From NCBI GenBank assembly GCA_015680685.1, contig MNCI01002465.1, positions 113,268 to 177,267 on the forward strand: a DNA stretch of 64,000 bases, read 5' to 3'. The notes below the pieces were generated by a model. That model ran no database searches. It saw only the letters and a program-made list of their open reading frames with translations, and was not told the DNA's origin. A program made the position numbers and the translations under genes. The stretch's first letter is position 1, and the number at the start of each line of letters is the position of its first letter. The DNA is from Gnetum montanum. Its lineage: Eukaryota; Plantae; Gnetophyta. This document shows, piece by piece, positions 1 to 12,000 of the stretch.

Positions 1-57
1 CAAATGTGGCCTAATGTCATTGTAATACGGTGTTCACCCTTGTTGTCATGAACACCA

Positions 58-325
58 NNNNNNNNNNNNNNNNNNNNNNNNNNNNNNNNNNNNNNNNNNN
101 NNNNNNNNNNNNNNNNNNNNNNNNNNNNNNNNNNNNNNNNNNNNNNNNNNNNNNNNNNNNNNNNNNNNNNNNNNNNNNNNNNNNNNNNNNNNNNNNNNNN
201 NNNNNNNNNNNNNNNNNNNNNNNNNNNNNNNNNNNNNNNNNNNNNNNNNNNNNNNNNNNNNNNNNNNNNNNNNNNNNNNNNNNNNNNNNNNNNNNNNNNN
301 NNNNNNNNNNNNNNNNNNNNNNNNN
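58..325. other. Assembly gap (N run)
   Basis: 268 consecutive N. Confidence 0.99.
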
Positions 326-992
326 GCTAGTCAAGGAATCGGCTGCTTGTCGCAACGCATGAGTACGACTTGTTTACGAGCACTGGCTACTTGGTAATCT
401 AGTAGCGTATTCCAGGATTCTGCTCTTGGTAATCCCAGTGGTAGTCCAATGTATACGGCTAGTCAAGGAATCGGCTACTCATTGCTAGGCTAGAACGTGT
501 GATAAGTACGACTTAGTTACGAGCACCCACGGGTGTGTACGGCTAGCTAAGGAATCAGCTGCTTATCACACTTAGACTAAATAGGTGCCTCAGTATGACC
601 ACTTCGAGCACTTGCGTTACGTGTGGTGATCCCAGTAATGATTAGCGTTTGGTAAGCCACAGTTGCATAGTTCAGGGTGTGTCCGGTAAGTGGGAACAGA
701 TGCTGACGCTAGTTAATTTAGACTTAGGACATTAGTTAGAGTTAGTTAGTTTCTCAACCCTTTCCCCTGATAGCATATAAGATAAACCGAAAAACACCAA
801 AAAAAAATCACATACCTCAGACTTGCTTAACCATACACCGTGACACTTACAAGAAAGCCTGGGAAGACAACGAACGATTAACCCCAAGTGTTTCTTGTGG
901 TGTTAAGGCATTTAGTCTACGGAGTTCGACCGGATCGTGCGTGCATGCTCGTATTCGTATGGTTGAGTGTAGGGGTACCTCGCCACTCATCA
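326..992 (+). mobile_element. 3' portion of an Athila-like Ty3/gypsy LTR (element C), relatively young, with internally repeated modules
   Basis: Ends GTATGGTTGAGTGTAGGGGTACCTCGCCACTCATCA (992), matching the LTR ends of element A (16041-16077, 28420-28455). No PBS follows, so it is a 3' or solo LTR. It retains many CpGs, unlike its neighbours. Confidence 0.8.
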
Positions 993-993
993 A

Positions 994-1035
994 AAATACA
1001 ATGGACCTATTGAGAAATACAATGGACCTATTGAG
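994..1035 (+). repeat. Perfect 21-bp tandem duplication spanning the host/LTR-B junction
   Basis: AAATACAATGGACCTATTGAG at 994-1014 and 1015-1035. Confidence 0.95.
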
Positions 1036-1891
1036 AAAGTCAAAATTTCATCTATTGTGATATCGTATCTACAATATCATAGCAATGGTGTTGTAAACCA
1101 TGCTACATCATCATTGATATAATGTCTTAGGATGCATGTAGCGCTATAAATATTGACACTTGGATGCACAATCAACATCTCAAGTCTATGGAAAGTTCTT
1201 AAAGTTTGTTTTCTTAGTTAGCAAATGCTTGTAGTGTGATGTTTATTAGTTGAATGAAATCTTTATTCAAGTGAATTATACTTGGACGTAATTCATGATG
1301 ACATTAAAGATCAAAATTGCTTTTCGTCATTGTAGCATCCACTTAGTTCTATTTTTTTACTTAGCATAATTTTATTATTTTCTTAGCTTAATCATTTATA
1401 TTTTCCACGAACTTTATTTTACTTGCTAATTAGTAAAGTGGAATGAGTATGATTGTTTTTGAGCATTAAAGTGTAATCATTTGGTAATGCAGTAGCAGTT
1501 TCACTTGATTTTCTTAGTATTGACTTCACTTGGTAATCCTAATAATAGTTAGATACGTCCATGGCATGTCTGGTAAACCAGGAATGAATGCTCATTGCTA
1601 TAGGATAGAATATATTTACATTATTTTCATTAATTATAGTTAGTATTTAACTTCATTTTTGTTATGTTTACTCTTAGGAGTCAAATGAGCTATACATCAC
1701 TTAATATACGCCTTACTATGAGATAAACCATACACTTAGAATTCACTAACTCAAGGTGAGAAGACAATGGTCATGAGATTAACATCAATTACTAGCATAA
1801 TAACATTGTCCATCTTTAGATTATGATCTGGTCACTTGCAAACACTTGTGACTTGTATGGTAGAATGTTGGGATTGCTCTAGTACTCATCA
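1032..1891 (+). repeat. 5' LTR of element B
   Basis: Aligns by eye along its length with 30831-31684; TG...CA termini; TATA (CTATAAAT) at 1144. Confidence 0.9.
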
Positions 1892-2847
1892 TTGACACTG
1901 CTACTGCAGATGTATTAATGTGTGCTAAGTAATTGATCTTACAAAGTTCATTGATTAAGAACTGTAAAGTTAACATTCATATCTTTAAGTAATCCTAGTA
2001 ACACACACACTTCACCAAGCATCACATGTATACAATGGCTTCGACACTTAAGAAAAAACTATCACCTACTAAAGAGCTACAAAGGGATTATGATAGAATA
2101 AATGACAATGAAGACTGGAGTATGCTTATGCAAACAATAATCTCATATGCTAATAATGATTTGCCTATGGAAGCAACAATCTCATATGCTCATAATGATT
2201 CTTATTACCTCGATTTTACATTCATATTTTACCAAGATGGGTAGTTGAGGTGGAGAGACCTATAGGGAAACATTTTTTTTCCTTGAGAGTGTTCAACACT
2301 CACCTTGCTTCAAGTAGCTTTAAGAGGAATGAATCAGAGCCATGCGTAAGAAGGATACCATGTGACCAAACACATGACAAGACCCTATTAATCCATAGAA
2401 GCATAAGTGCTAAGAGGCCTTGCTATGGAAATAAAAAACAAGCATAACAAGAGGAATCATGTTAGTGATTGTGTTATCCTTGAAGAACTTGATGGTGATG
2501 CATTTGTAGTAGAGAAACTCCATCATGATCATGAATTCCATTTCCAAATGCCTATTATTTGTTTAGAAGAACTTGTCAAGGTGAAACTACATTCATCCCT
2601 CATAGAAACACCAAGAAAAAAGCAAAGAACTTTACGTACAAGTAGCACTCAAGGCCTAGAGTTTCTGCTGGGTCACAAGGAGATGAATACTAGAGTTAGA
2701 GAAGGAGAACTAGTCGGCATTCTTCTCCAATTTCTTTGTCTTCCTCCTTACAATTGTCCATGGACTCTAATAGAAGGGAAAAGAGGTATAAAAATCATGA
2801 CAAGGAGAGATGTTGGGCTCATAATAGATGTGATTATCATCCAAGAT

Positions 2848-5800
2848 TGTTGACCTTTTGGTATGTCAAATCCTTAAGAAAAATGAAGAACAATGATGCT
2901 TGTGTGATTATTGTGTTTATAAAATAAGAACATGGAGACCACAAGGAGAACCTAAGAAAGGTCATAAATAAAGAGATGTCAAAGTAAAGATCACAAGAAC
3001 CTTCCAGATAAGATTGAAGACTCAAGAGATGAGAGCTATAATGAGATGTCAAAGTGAGGTTTATAAGGACTTAAGAGAGAGCAAGGACAAAGATGAAGCC
3101 TACAACAAAATGAAAAAGTTCCCAAGATCAAGGATGAACCATATCAACAAAAGTAAGCCTCTAGAAGAAAAGCCCAATATCTGAGAAGACATTTATAGAA
3201 AGTAGAAGACATCTTGGTTGAGACATAGATGAAGTAGAGAAGATGTTTAGCAAAAATCATAGATGTCTACTATCCAGAGAAGACATCTACATGTAGAAAT
3301 CTCCTTTGTGAGATATATGTCTATGTAGAATGTAGGTCTAATGTAGAGCGATGTCCTAATCTCGAAGAAGATGTCTCTAGAGACCATTAGATAGCCATTG
3401 CATGAATTCTGAGGTGATTTTGAAATGTGCAAGTGTTGAATGTAAGCAAGTGTTAACATTACATAATCATTGTGCATATTATTTTATTGTATTTATGTGC
3501 TTCAATGTACTATCTTTTGTACTATTTTAAGAGATCAATTTTTTTGTTTCTCAAAGTGCAAGGAATAGTAAATTAGTTACATCCTTTCTATGTAATTCTT
3601 GTTTCTCTTTTGTCCCCTGCAGGGTTGATGTACTTCTTGCAAGAAGGCATTGTCCTTGAGCTTGGTGAGATCTTGCAGGATTAAGTGTTGGTGTAGTGCC
3701 ATAACACTCTAGAGTGGAGCTCAAGTTGTAAAGATTGTGGGATATTGGAAACCACATTCTAAGCTTATCAAGACCTTGTAGGGTTAATTGGATTTGTGGT
3801 TTTGAATAACTTTGGAGTAGAGCTTAGAGCTATACAGGGTGTGATACCCTTCAAATCATATTTTAATAGGAATAAAGTTTGAAGGTGTGCAAGTGATCTA
3901 CCATCCAAGTGTGGACTACCCATGTTGGGGAACCATGTTAAAATTGGTTGTGATATTTATGCCTTAAAATTTTCATTTGGGAAACTTTTTCACCCCTGCC
4001 TTTCTAAGTTCAATAATCCTCAAGTGGTATCAAAGCTTGGTACTCTTGCTACCAATTCTACATCATCTTCAAGACTGAACAATGGAGCAAGCCTTGTACA
4101 CAAAGCCACCCATGTTTGATGGATTTTACTTCACCTATTGGAAAGTGAGGATGTAGGGCTTCTTCAAATTTATGGAATTTGAAGTTTGGGAATCCTTTCT
4201 TGAAGGCTACACATCGCTTGTCGACAACACAACAAGAGCCATTGGGCCTTGTAACAAATGGAATCAAGAAGAAAAAGATAAGTTCATGTTTAATTCTAAA
4301 GGAAAAAATTATTTATATTATGCTTTGAATAAATTAGTATTGAATTGAGTAACAAGATGTAAAATGCACAAAGAAATTTGACAAACTTTAGAGGCTAATT
4401 ATGAAGGAATGTCTATAGTAAAGCAATCTAAATTGTTAGTTTTGCAAAGTGAGTATGATAAGCTCAAGATGAGAGAAGAAGAGAAAATAAAAGAATATTT
4501 TTCTAGAGAAAATGGTCTTGTTGTGGCCATTGGAGGGACTGGTAAAGATTTGTCAAAAAGCGATGTCATTATAAAAATGATTAGGATGCTACAACCATAA
4601 TTTAGCCCAAAGCTGACTATAATGGAAGAAATTAGAGATTTTTAACTTTGAAAGTTAAAGAACTTAAAAATACTCTCATTGCTTATGAAATGAATATCAT
4701 AAGCAAAGGAGCCATTCAAGAGAGGAAACTCATTGCCCTTAAGTCAGTCATTAGGAAAAAGGAACCTAATGAGCAAGATGTGAGTAGTGAGGAGGAGATA
4801 GCTCTTCTCTCTAGAGGGTTGTAAAGACTCATGGAAAAAAGGGACAAATGATTTAATCAACAAAGAGGTAAGGAAAGTAAAAATTTTTATAATGTAGATT
4901 TTTCCTTTATAGAATTTTGGGTATGTGATGGAAGAGGCCATTTGGCCTCCGAATGTCCTAATAATAATAGTAGATGGTAATGAAAGGATAGCAATGATGA
5001 GGAGTTGAAAAAGACCAACTTCTATACAAGTTGAGATGATGATGAGCAAAGTGAAGAAGAAGTTGACAACTCTATCAAAAATTCTCATCTTGTATGTATG
5101 GCTCTTACAAATGAAAACTCATAATATGTTGCTGAACCAAGTTGTAAGTATGATGAAAGGTATAGTGAATTACAAGAAGAAATTCTTGTTATGCATTACT
5201 TACTTAGAAAGGCAAAGAAATTCTTAAATACAAAGCTTAATATAATTCACATCAAATTAAAAGGAGAGATCTTAGACATAAAAGTTGAGATTCATTAGCT
5301 AACCCCCTTAATTAAGGGTTGCAGAAGCCTTCAAGAAAGAAAGACATGTGAGTAGCCTAAGAATGAAGATTTAGAGAAAGTCTCACAAGAAGATTCTTGC
5401 TGAAAGGAAAGCATAACTAGGTTTGATAACCTCATTAATAAGGAGAATACTTTACTTATTAGTAAAAATTGTGGTAGTAATCAAAATTTTGATTATTCTC
5501 ACGGTGATAAAAATAAGATTAATGCTTGGTCTTGTCCAAATGTTTATGGTAAGGATTTTTTGGAAATAGTAGTTGAAAATAAAAAGAAGTAGAGAATTGA
5601 AAATTTTCTCAAAGAGACAGATGATGGAATAGGTGATCAAAGATTCATTCATAAAGAACATGAAAAAATGGAATCATCATGAAAAAGATCTAATGAAAGA
5701 GAACGAACAGGTAAAGAGGTACTTCATGATAGAGGACCTCATCTCAAACTTCATTAATCTTCTTCCTTTCTATTGTAAACAAGGTAAGTTTCTATCTCCT

Positions 5801-8800
5801 TGCTAAATTTTATAAATCCAAAATTATTTTTGATATGGGCTTTCTTTATTTGTTGGATGCTAATCGTAGATTAGCACTTTTTAGAAATGATTTTGTAGGG
5901 TTTTGTTGAATTAATTGATTATGGTATTTTCTTTTGCATGGTGTAATTGGATTTATAAAAGTTTATGGTATGACACTTGTAATGAATTAATTGATTTCTT
6001 ATCTTGCTATTTAAAAGCATAAAACCCTTGCATGTATTTCTTAGCCTAAAAACCATTTGATGAACTATTATTTGTTTCAAAGCTTATTTCCTTTGGATTT
6101 TTTTTTTAAAATCATCTTTTGAATTCTTAGCTAGAATACTTGTTTTTAGTGACTAAAAAAACTCACATGAAATTCATGAACTAAAGGATTCATGTTGAAT
6201 CTTCATTATATATCTTATGAGAATGATTTTGTGTTTACAAAATTCAATCTCTTTTAGAATATGTTTTGGTGCCTTTGATGAACTTCATAAATCATCTGAG
6301 AAAAGGAGCTTTTCAGGAGAAATTATCATGTATGTATGATTTTTATGTCTATTTTCTTGTGATGACTTTTGAGGATTTCCATGTATTTTACCAAGTTTTG
6401 AGAGTGTTTTAGACTTGTTTTTACATATCTAATGGGAGACCTTAGTATCCATACTTGATCTTAGAATTTCTATACAACTTGGAGATCCTAAAAGACTCAA
6501 AAAAAGTATACCACTATCTCTGTAATAGATGCATTATGATCAAAGAAACTAGAAAGAATTACAATAGATGTTTCAAAAGATGGATCATATGTGCAGGGGG
6601 GAAATTAGTTTATGGGAAGTCTTGAATGATTTTATCAAAGACATGATATTATAATTACAAGCTCCCAGTCTATTGCACCTTTATGAATTTAATGTAGGTA
6701 AGAGCATATTCATTTGAATGTATATTTTTTGTACCTAAGGCCCTTCTTGCTATTATAAGTTGAGAAATAGTCAATGGTAAGTGCTCATGATCTCCTTTGC
6801 TAAGAAATGGTAAGGAATGAGTATATGTATATATATGTTGGTCTTAACATGATTGTCAATTTGTGAACTAGGGTTTTGGATAATAAGTTGTGTGGTTGTG
6901 TTTGATTCTTTGATATATTGAACTTGATTAATTGTGGTGTTTTTGTCTTAAAAGATGAATATGCATGTTTTTACTTTATAATGACTATTCCTTATCCATT
7001 TATTGTTGCCTTAAAAGAAGGTGTATTGGTGTGGTGAGCATGGAAATTTGTTAAAGTCCTATGATATGTTTGTTACTAATGGTTTATTGGTTTTGAAGGC
7101 AAGTTATAAGATCCTAAATGGCCAATCTTTGGACTTCTACAGTTGGTTTTTAATTCTCTTGAAAAGCTTGGTTATGCTTCATAAATAAAGGGTATCTCTT
7201 TATAGAAATCATTTTAATTCTAAGATTTCTGGATGTGATAGATATTTATTTGCTGTTGTTTGCTTAATTAAAAGAGATCATTGGTTGTCATATAAATGAG
7301 TGATCTTTTGATATAAGTAGATATCTTGCTTTTTCTTAAAAGTTCAATTTGCATGTTTTACTTGCCTTATGCTTTATCATTTTATTTGAAAAGGAGGAGA
7401 ACATTGGATAAAACTTGAGTATTGATCATGAATTTTTGACATTAAGACAAGTTCTATGATCTTCAATGATACATTTTCATCTCTTGATTTCAACTATAAG
7501 AATTGTACCTCATTATTTCTAACATTCTTATATGAACCACTAAGGGGTAGTAGTTATTTGGATTGATTCATCCTATTCTATCTATGCTTAGTAATGTGTA
7601 CTTTTTAATTTCTTATTCTTTCTTTCCAACCTATTTTACTTTTATTTTTTCTCTAGTTCATACACATTTCTTATGATCATTTGTAACTCCATCTTCACTG
7701 CTTTTTCATGATGTCCAAAAAAGAGGAGAGTTAGGTTGATCTGAAATTATTAAAATTGTATTATGATATGAGTGACCAATGTTATAAGTAGAATTGAGAA
7801 TATAAGCCTTAATGCTTTTTGGAAACTACTAACACAATTTCTTAAGTTTTGAACATCACCAAAAAGGGGAAGATTGTGGAACTTTTGGTATGTCAAAACC
7901 TTAAGAAAAAATGGAGAACAAGGATGTTTGTGTGATTTTTATGTTTATAGGACAAGAACATTGAGACCACAAGGAGAGCTTAAGAAATTTCATAAGCAAA
8001 GGGATGTCAAAGTAGAGATCACAAGAACTTGCCAGAAAAGTTTAAAGACTCAAGAGATGAGAGCTATAATGAGATGTCAAAGTAAAGTCTACAAGGACTT
8101 AAGAGGGAGCAAGGAAAAAGATGAAGCCTATAGAAAAATGAAGAAGTTTCCAAGATTAGGGATGAGTCATATCAATGAAAGGAAGCCTTGGAAAGAAAAG
8201 CCTAACATCTAAGAAGACATCTATAGGAAGCATAAGATATCTTGGTTGAGACACAGATGAAGTAAAGAAGATATCTAGCAAACATAGTAGATGTCTACTG
8301 TCTAGGTAAGACATCTACATGTAGACATCTCCTTTGTGAGAAAGACTTCTATACAGAATGTAGGTCTAATGTAGAGAGACATCCTAATCTTGAAGAAGAA
8401 GTCTTTAGTGATTGTTAGATAGTAGTTGTACAAATTCTAAGATGATTTTGGAAACATTAAGGCTATAAGAAGACTTCAACTCTCTTGGGAAATGTGCAAG
8501 TATTGAATGCAAGCAAGTGTTAACATCAAGCAATCATTGTGCATGTTATTCTATTGTATTTGTGTGCCTCATTGTATTATCTTTTGTACTATTGTAAGAG
8601 ATCAATTGTGTTATGTATTAAATTGCAAGTATTGGAAAATTAGTTGCATCCTTTCCTTGTAATTCTTATTTATTTTTTGTTCCCTACAAGGTTGATGTAC
8701 TTTTTATGAGAAGGTATCATCCTTAGGATCTTGCAGGATTGAGTGTTGTTATAGTGCCACAACACTTTAGAGTGAAGCTCAAGTTGTAAAGGTTGTGGGA

Positions 8801-9078
8801 TCCTAGAAACTACATTCTAAGCTTGTTAGGACCTTGTAGGGTTAAGTGGATTCATGAAATTCAATCACTTCAAAGTGGAGCTTAGAGCTATATATGATGT
8901 GGTACCCTTCAAACCACATTTTAAGAGGAATAAAGCTTAGAGGTGTACAAGCGATCTACCTTATGAGTGTGGAGGACCCAAGTTGGGGAACCATGTTAAA
9001 ATTGGTTGTGATCTTTGTGGCTGAAAATTTTAATTTGGGAAACTTATTCATCCCCCCTTCTAAGTTCAATGATCCTCA
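2848..9078 (+). mobile_element. Non-autonomous gag-only Ty1/copia element (D), Sirevirus/SIRE-like LTRs (TR-GAG-type organisation)
   Basis: LTRs 2848-4022 and 7875-9078. Perfect TSD AAGAT (2843-2847/9079-9083). Met PBS TGGTATCAAAGC 4025-4036. PPT AAAAAGGGGAAGAT 7861-7874. C-rich tract near the LTR 3' end. Copia gag relic present; no PR/INT/RT/RH seen in 5800-7870. Confidence 0.9.
4055..5790 (+). pseudogene. Degenerate copia gag (PPMFDG..F.YWK N-terminus, UBN2-like region, zinc knuckle) of element D
   Basis: KPPMFDGFYFTYWKVRM at ~4103-4153; VKQSKLLVLQSEYDKLKMREEEKIKEYFSR (ORF 4409-4600); CDGRGHLASECP at ~4924-4959. Many stops and frameshifts. Confidence 0.8.
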
Positions 9079-12000
9079 AAGATAACTTGATGAAGAAAAT
9101 GAAGAGCATGAACCATGAAGGAACAAGGATAGATATGTAGAGAGAGAGATATGAGTATCAAAGAGGAAATCACTACAATTAAGCATATGAACTGTACAAT
9201 CATGAAGAACCCTTGTTGGCTACTCACAACTTGATCCATATAAGGAAAGCAGTGTACATTCTAACTAGGAATATGAGAGATAGTTGCATAAAGTGACTTT
9301 ATATGAATAATATTCCTAAGTTTGAAGGTGGATATCAGACTGATCTACAACATCACCTTTAAACATTTCATGATGCTTGAATCTTATAAAATATTGAAAG
9401 TGAATAGCAAAAACTTAAGCTATTTCCTTGGACACTCATCAAAGAGGCAGAAAGTTGGTATAGGTCATTAGAACCTTAATCAATCAAAAGGTAGAGTACC
9501 ATGCTTGAAATTTTTAATGATAAATACCAAACTGGTCTTGCATGTCCAACCTTAGGAAGTAGATCGAGGGCTAGAAGGAAGGGATCCATGAATCCCTTGA
9601 TGTGACAATAGATAGATACAACTCTCTTATAAAAAGGTGCCAAAGCCATAAATTTTCTCAAAGGAAGTAGCCTAGACATATCGTTGATGGGCTACGGAAT
9701 AAAACCAGAAAACTCCTTGGGGTTTATGCCCAAGGTAGACTATCTGAAATGACCATCCATTAAATTCAAAGACTAATTGACCAAGTGGCCAAGGGAGAGG
9801 GTGGCCAAGTATAATAAAGATTCATTTATTTGGAAAAGAGATGTAAGAGTATGTGATAAGCATGAAGAAGAAACCTTAAAGGAGGTCATACAAAAAGAGA
9901 CTCTACCAATCCAAAAGTTTGTTAATGACATAGCCACCAAGGTGGAAAATATGTGGGATTTGGTGGACGAGAAATTCACTACAACCTTGAAAATCATAGT
10001 AGAAAGAACTAAACAAGCATTTAGTAATGGCAATAAGTAAAAGAAAAAAAAGAGTATACAGACAAAAAGGAAAAGTTGCTTTAGTGGTAGAATGTTCTGA
10101 TACAAGCTTAGACGATGAGAAAGGATGTATAGTGTGCTAGTATGAAAATCTTAAGGGGTGTTGTTCTATAATGGTACATTTACAAGAAACAGGGGCATAT
10201 GCACTTAAGGTAACTATTGATAGACCTTCCAACTCGCCTACTATCCATTTTGATAATTGCTTTTTGATGAATCTTGGGTTAAGTGCATATGCCCCTATTT
10301 CTTATAAATGTAACAACTATCATATTAACCTAGACCATTACACATTGGATTAAGGTAGGAGCACTTTCTTAGAAATGAATAGACTTAAGAAGTTCCTTGG
10401 TATACCTTCAAATCACAAGTCATAAACTATGCATGGCTCTACTTGATTCTAGGTTAGGGGTGAATCTAATATCACAAGATATGTGTAAGGCCTAAAATAT
10501 TTCACCATTAAAGAAAAGTAATATTTAATTAAAGCTTGTAGACCAATTGATCATAGTACCAATAGGACAAGCAGATGATGTGATCACTATTATTAGTGGT
10601 TGGTCCAAAAATGTAGGACAAGTGAAGAGTATGTATTGACTTCTGATTGTTGAACTTTGCAATGTTCAAGGATCATTTTTCTTTGTCATTTGTTGACCAA
10701 GTCTTAGATACCAATGAAGGACATAAGTACTATAGTTTTCTAAATGAGTATAGAAGATATAACTAGATTTTCATTGCACCTAAGGATCAAGAAAAGACAA
10801 TGTTCATGAGTCTGTGGGGAACATTCACATATAAGAAAATGCCTTTTGGTCTTTGTAATGAGCATGCTACCTTTCATAGAATAGTTCTTAGGACCATAAA
10901 AAAAAAGGCAATGGTGTTGAAATATTTATGAATGATTTTTTAACATATGGGTTCGATTTCAAATAGGCACTAGACTATCTAGATAAGGTACTGAAAAGAT
11001 GCATAAAACAAACCTAAAGTTAAATTGATAGAAGAGCTATCTAATGGTCCTAACTGAGATCATGCTAGGACAAAGAATTTCACAAAAAGGGATAGAGGTA
11101 GATCTTGAAAAGATCAGAGTCATACATAACATCATCCAAAGGCCAAAAACCATTAAAGATGTTCAATCATTTTTAGGCCACATAAGGTACTACAAAAGAT
11201 TTATAGAAAATTTCTCAAAAATTACAAAACCATTGGTAGAGCTAACAAAGAAGGATGTACCATTCCAGTGGACTGAATCATGTGAAAAGAAGTTTGAGAC
11301 CCTAAAATAGAAGATCATTGAAACACCAATCCTTTGAGCTTTGGATTGATCTAAGACTTTTCATATCATGATCAATACTTCAAATTAGGCATTGGATGTA
11401 GTGCTAACATAGTTGGATGGCCAGAAAAGGCCATACTATGTACATTGTACCAATAGAAGCATCATTAGAACACAACTCATTTACACCATCACAAAAAAGG
11501 ATCTTAGGATAGTGGTGTATGCACTAGAAAAATTCAAACACTATATGCTTACGTATCTAATATATGTCCACACTGATCATAGTGTAATATGATTCTTAAT
11601 GAACAAACCAGTGGTAAGTTCTAGGGTGATTAGATGGATTTTTATTCTATAGGAATTCGACATAACCATGATTAATAATAAGGGTACAAAGTATGTAGTA
11701 GTTGATCACTCATCGAGGTTGAGATGGGAATCACAAGACTAAGAAGAACCATTGTCAGACAAGTCTCCTAATGAAAACATATTTACTAAGATAATAATAG
11801 TTATTGACTTAATAGAAAAGTCATGGACTACTAATTACATGACTTATTTAATCACACAAGGGCTTCTTGTTGAGTGGGCTACAAAATATAAAGAATAATT
11901 CCTCCATAAGGTTAAGAGATACATGGAGATAAATAGGAATCTTTACAAGATTTGTGCAAATGGATTAGTATGATGGTGTGTACTGGAATATAATCAACAA

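Noticed and set aside
17-362. 110-112 aa ORFs on both strands
   Set aside because: Artefacts of translating through the N gap.
426-440. TGGTAATCCCAG resembles the SRP/Alu-domain TGTAATCCCAG; LTR also considered for Cassandra-type 5S rRNA
   Set aside because: The match is only ~11 nt, with no other 7SL or 5S sequence recognisable.
10175-10312. MITE interpretation of the 34-bp inverted repeat
   Set aside because: No TSD, and both arms and the spacer are gag-derived.
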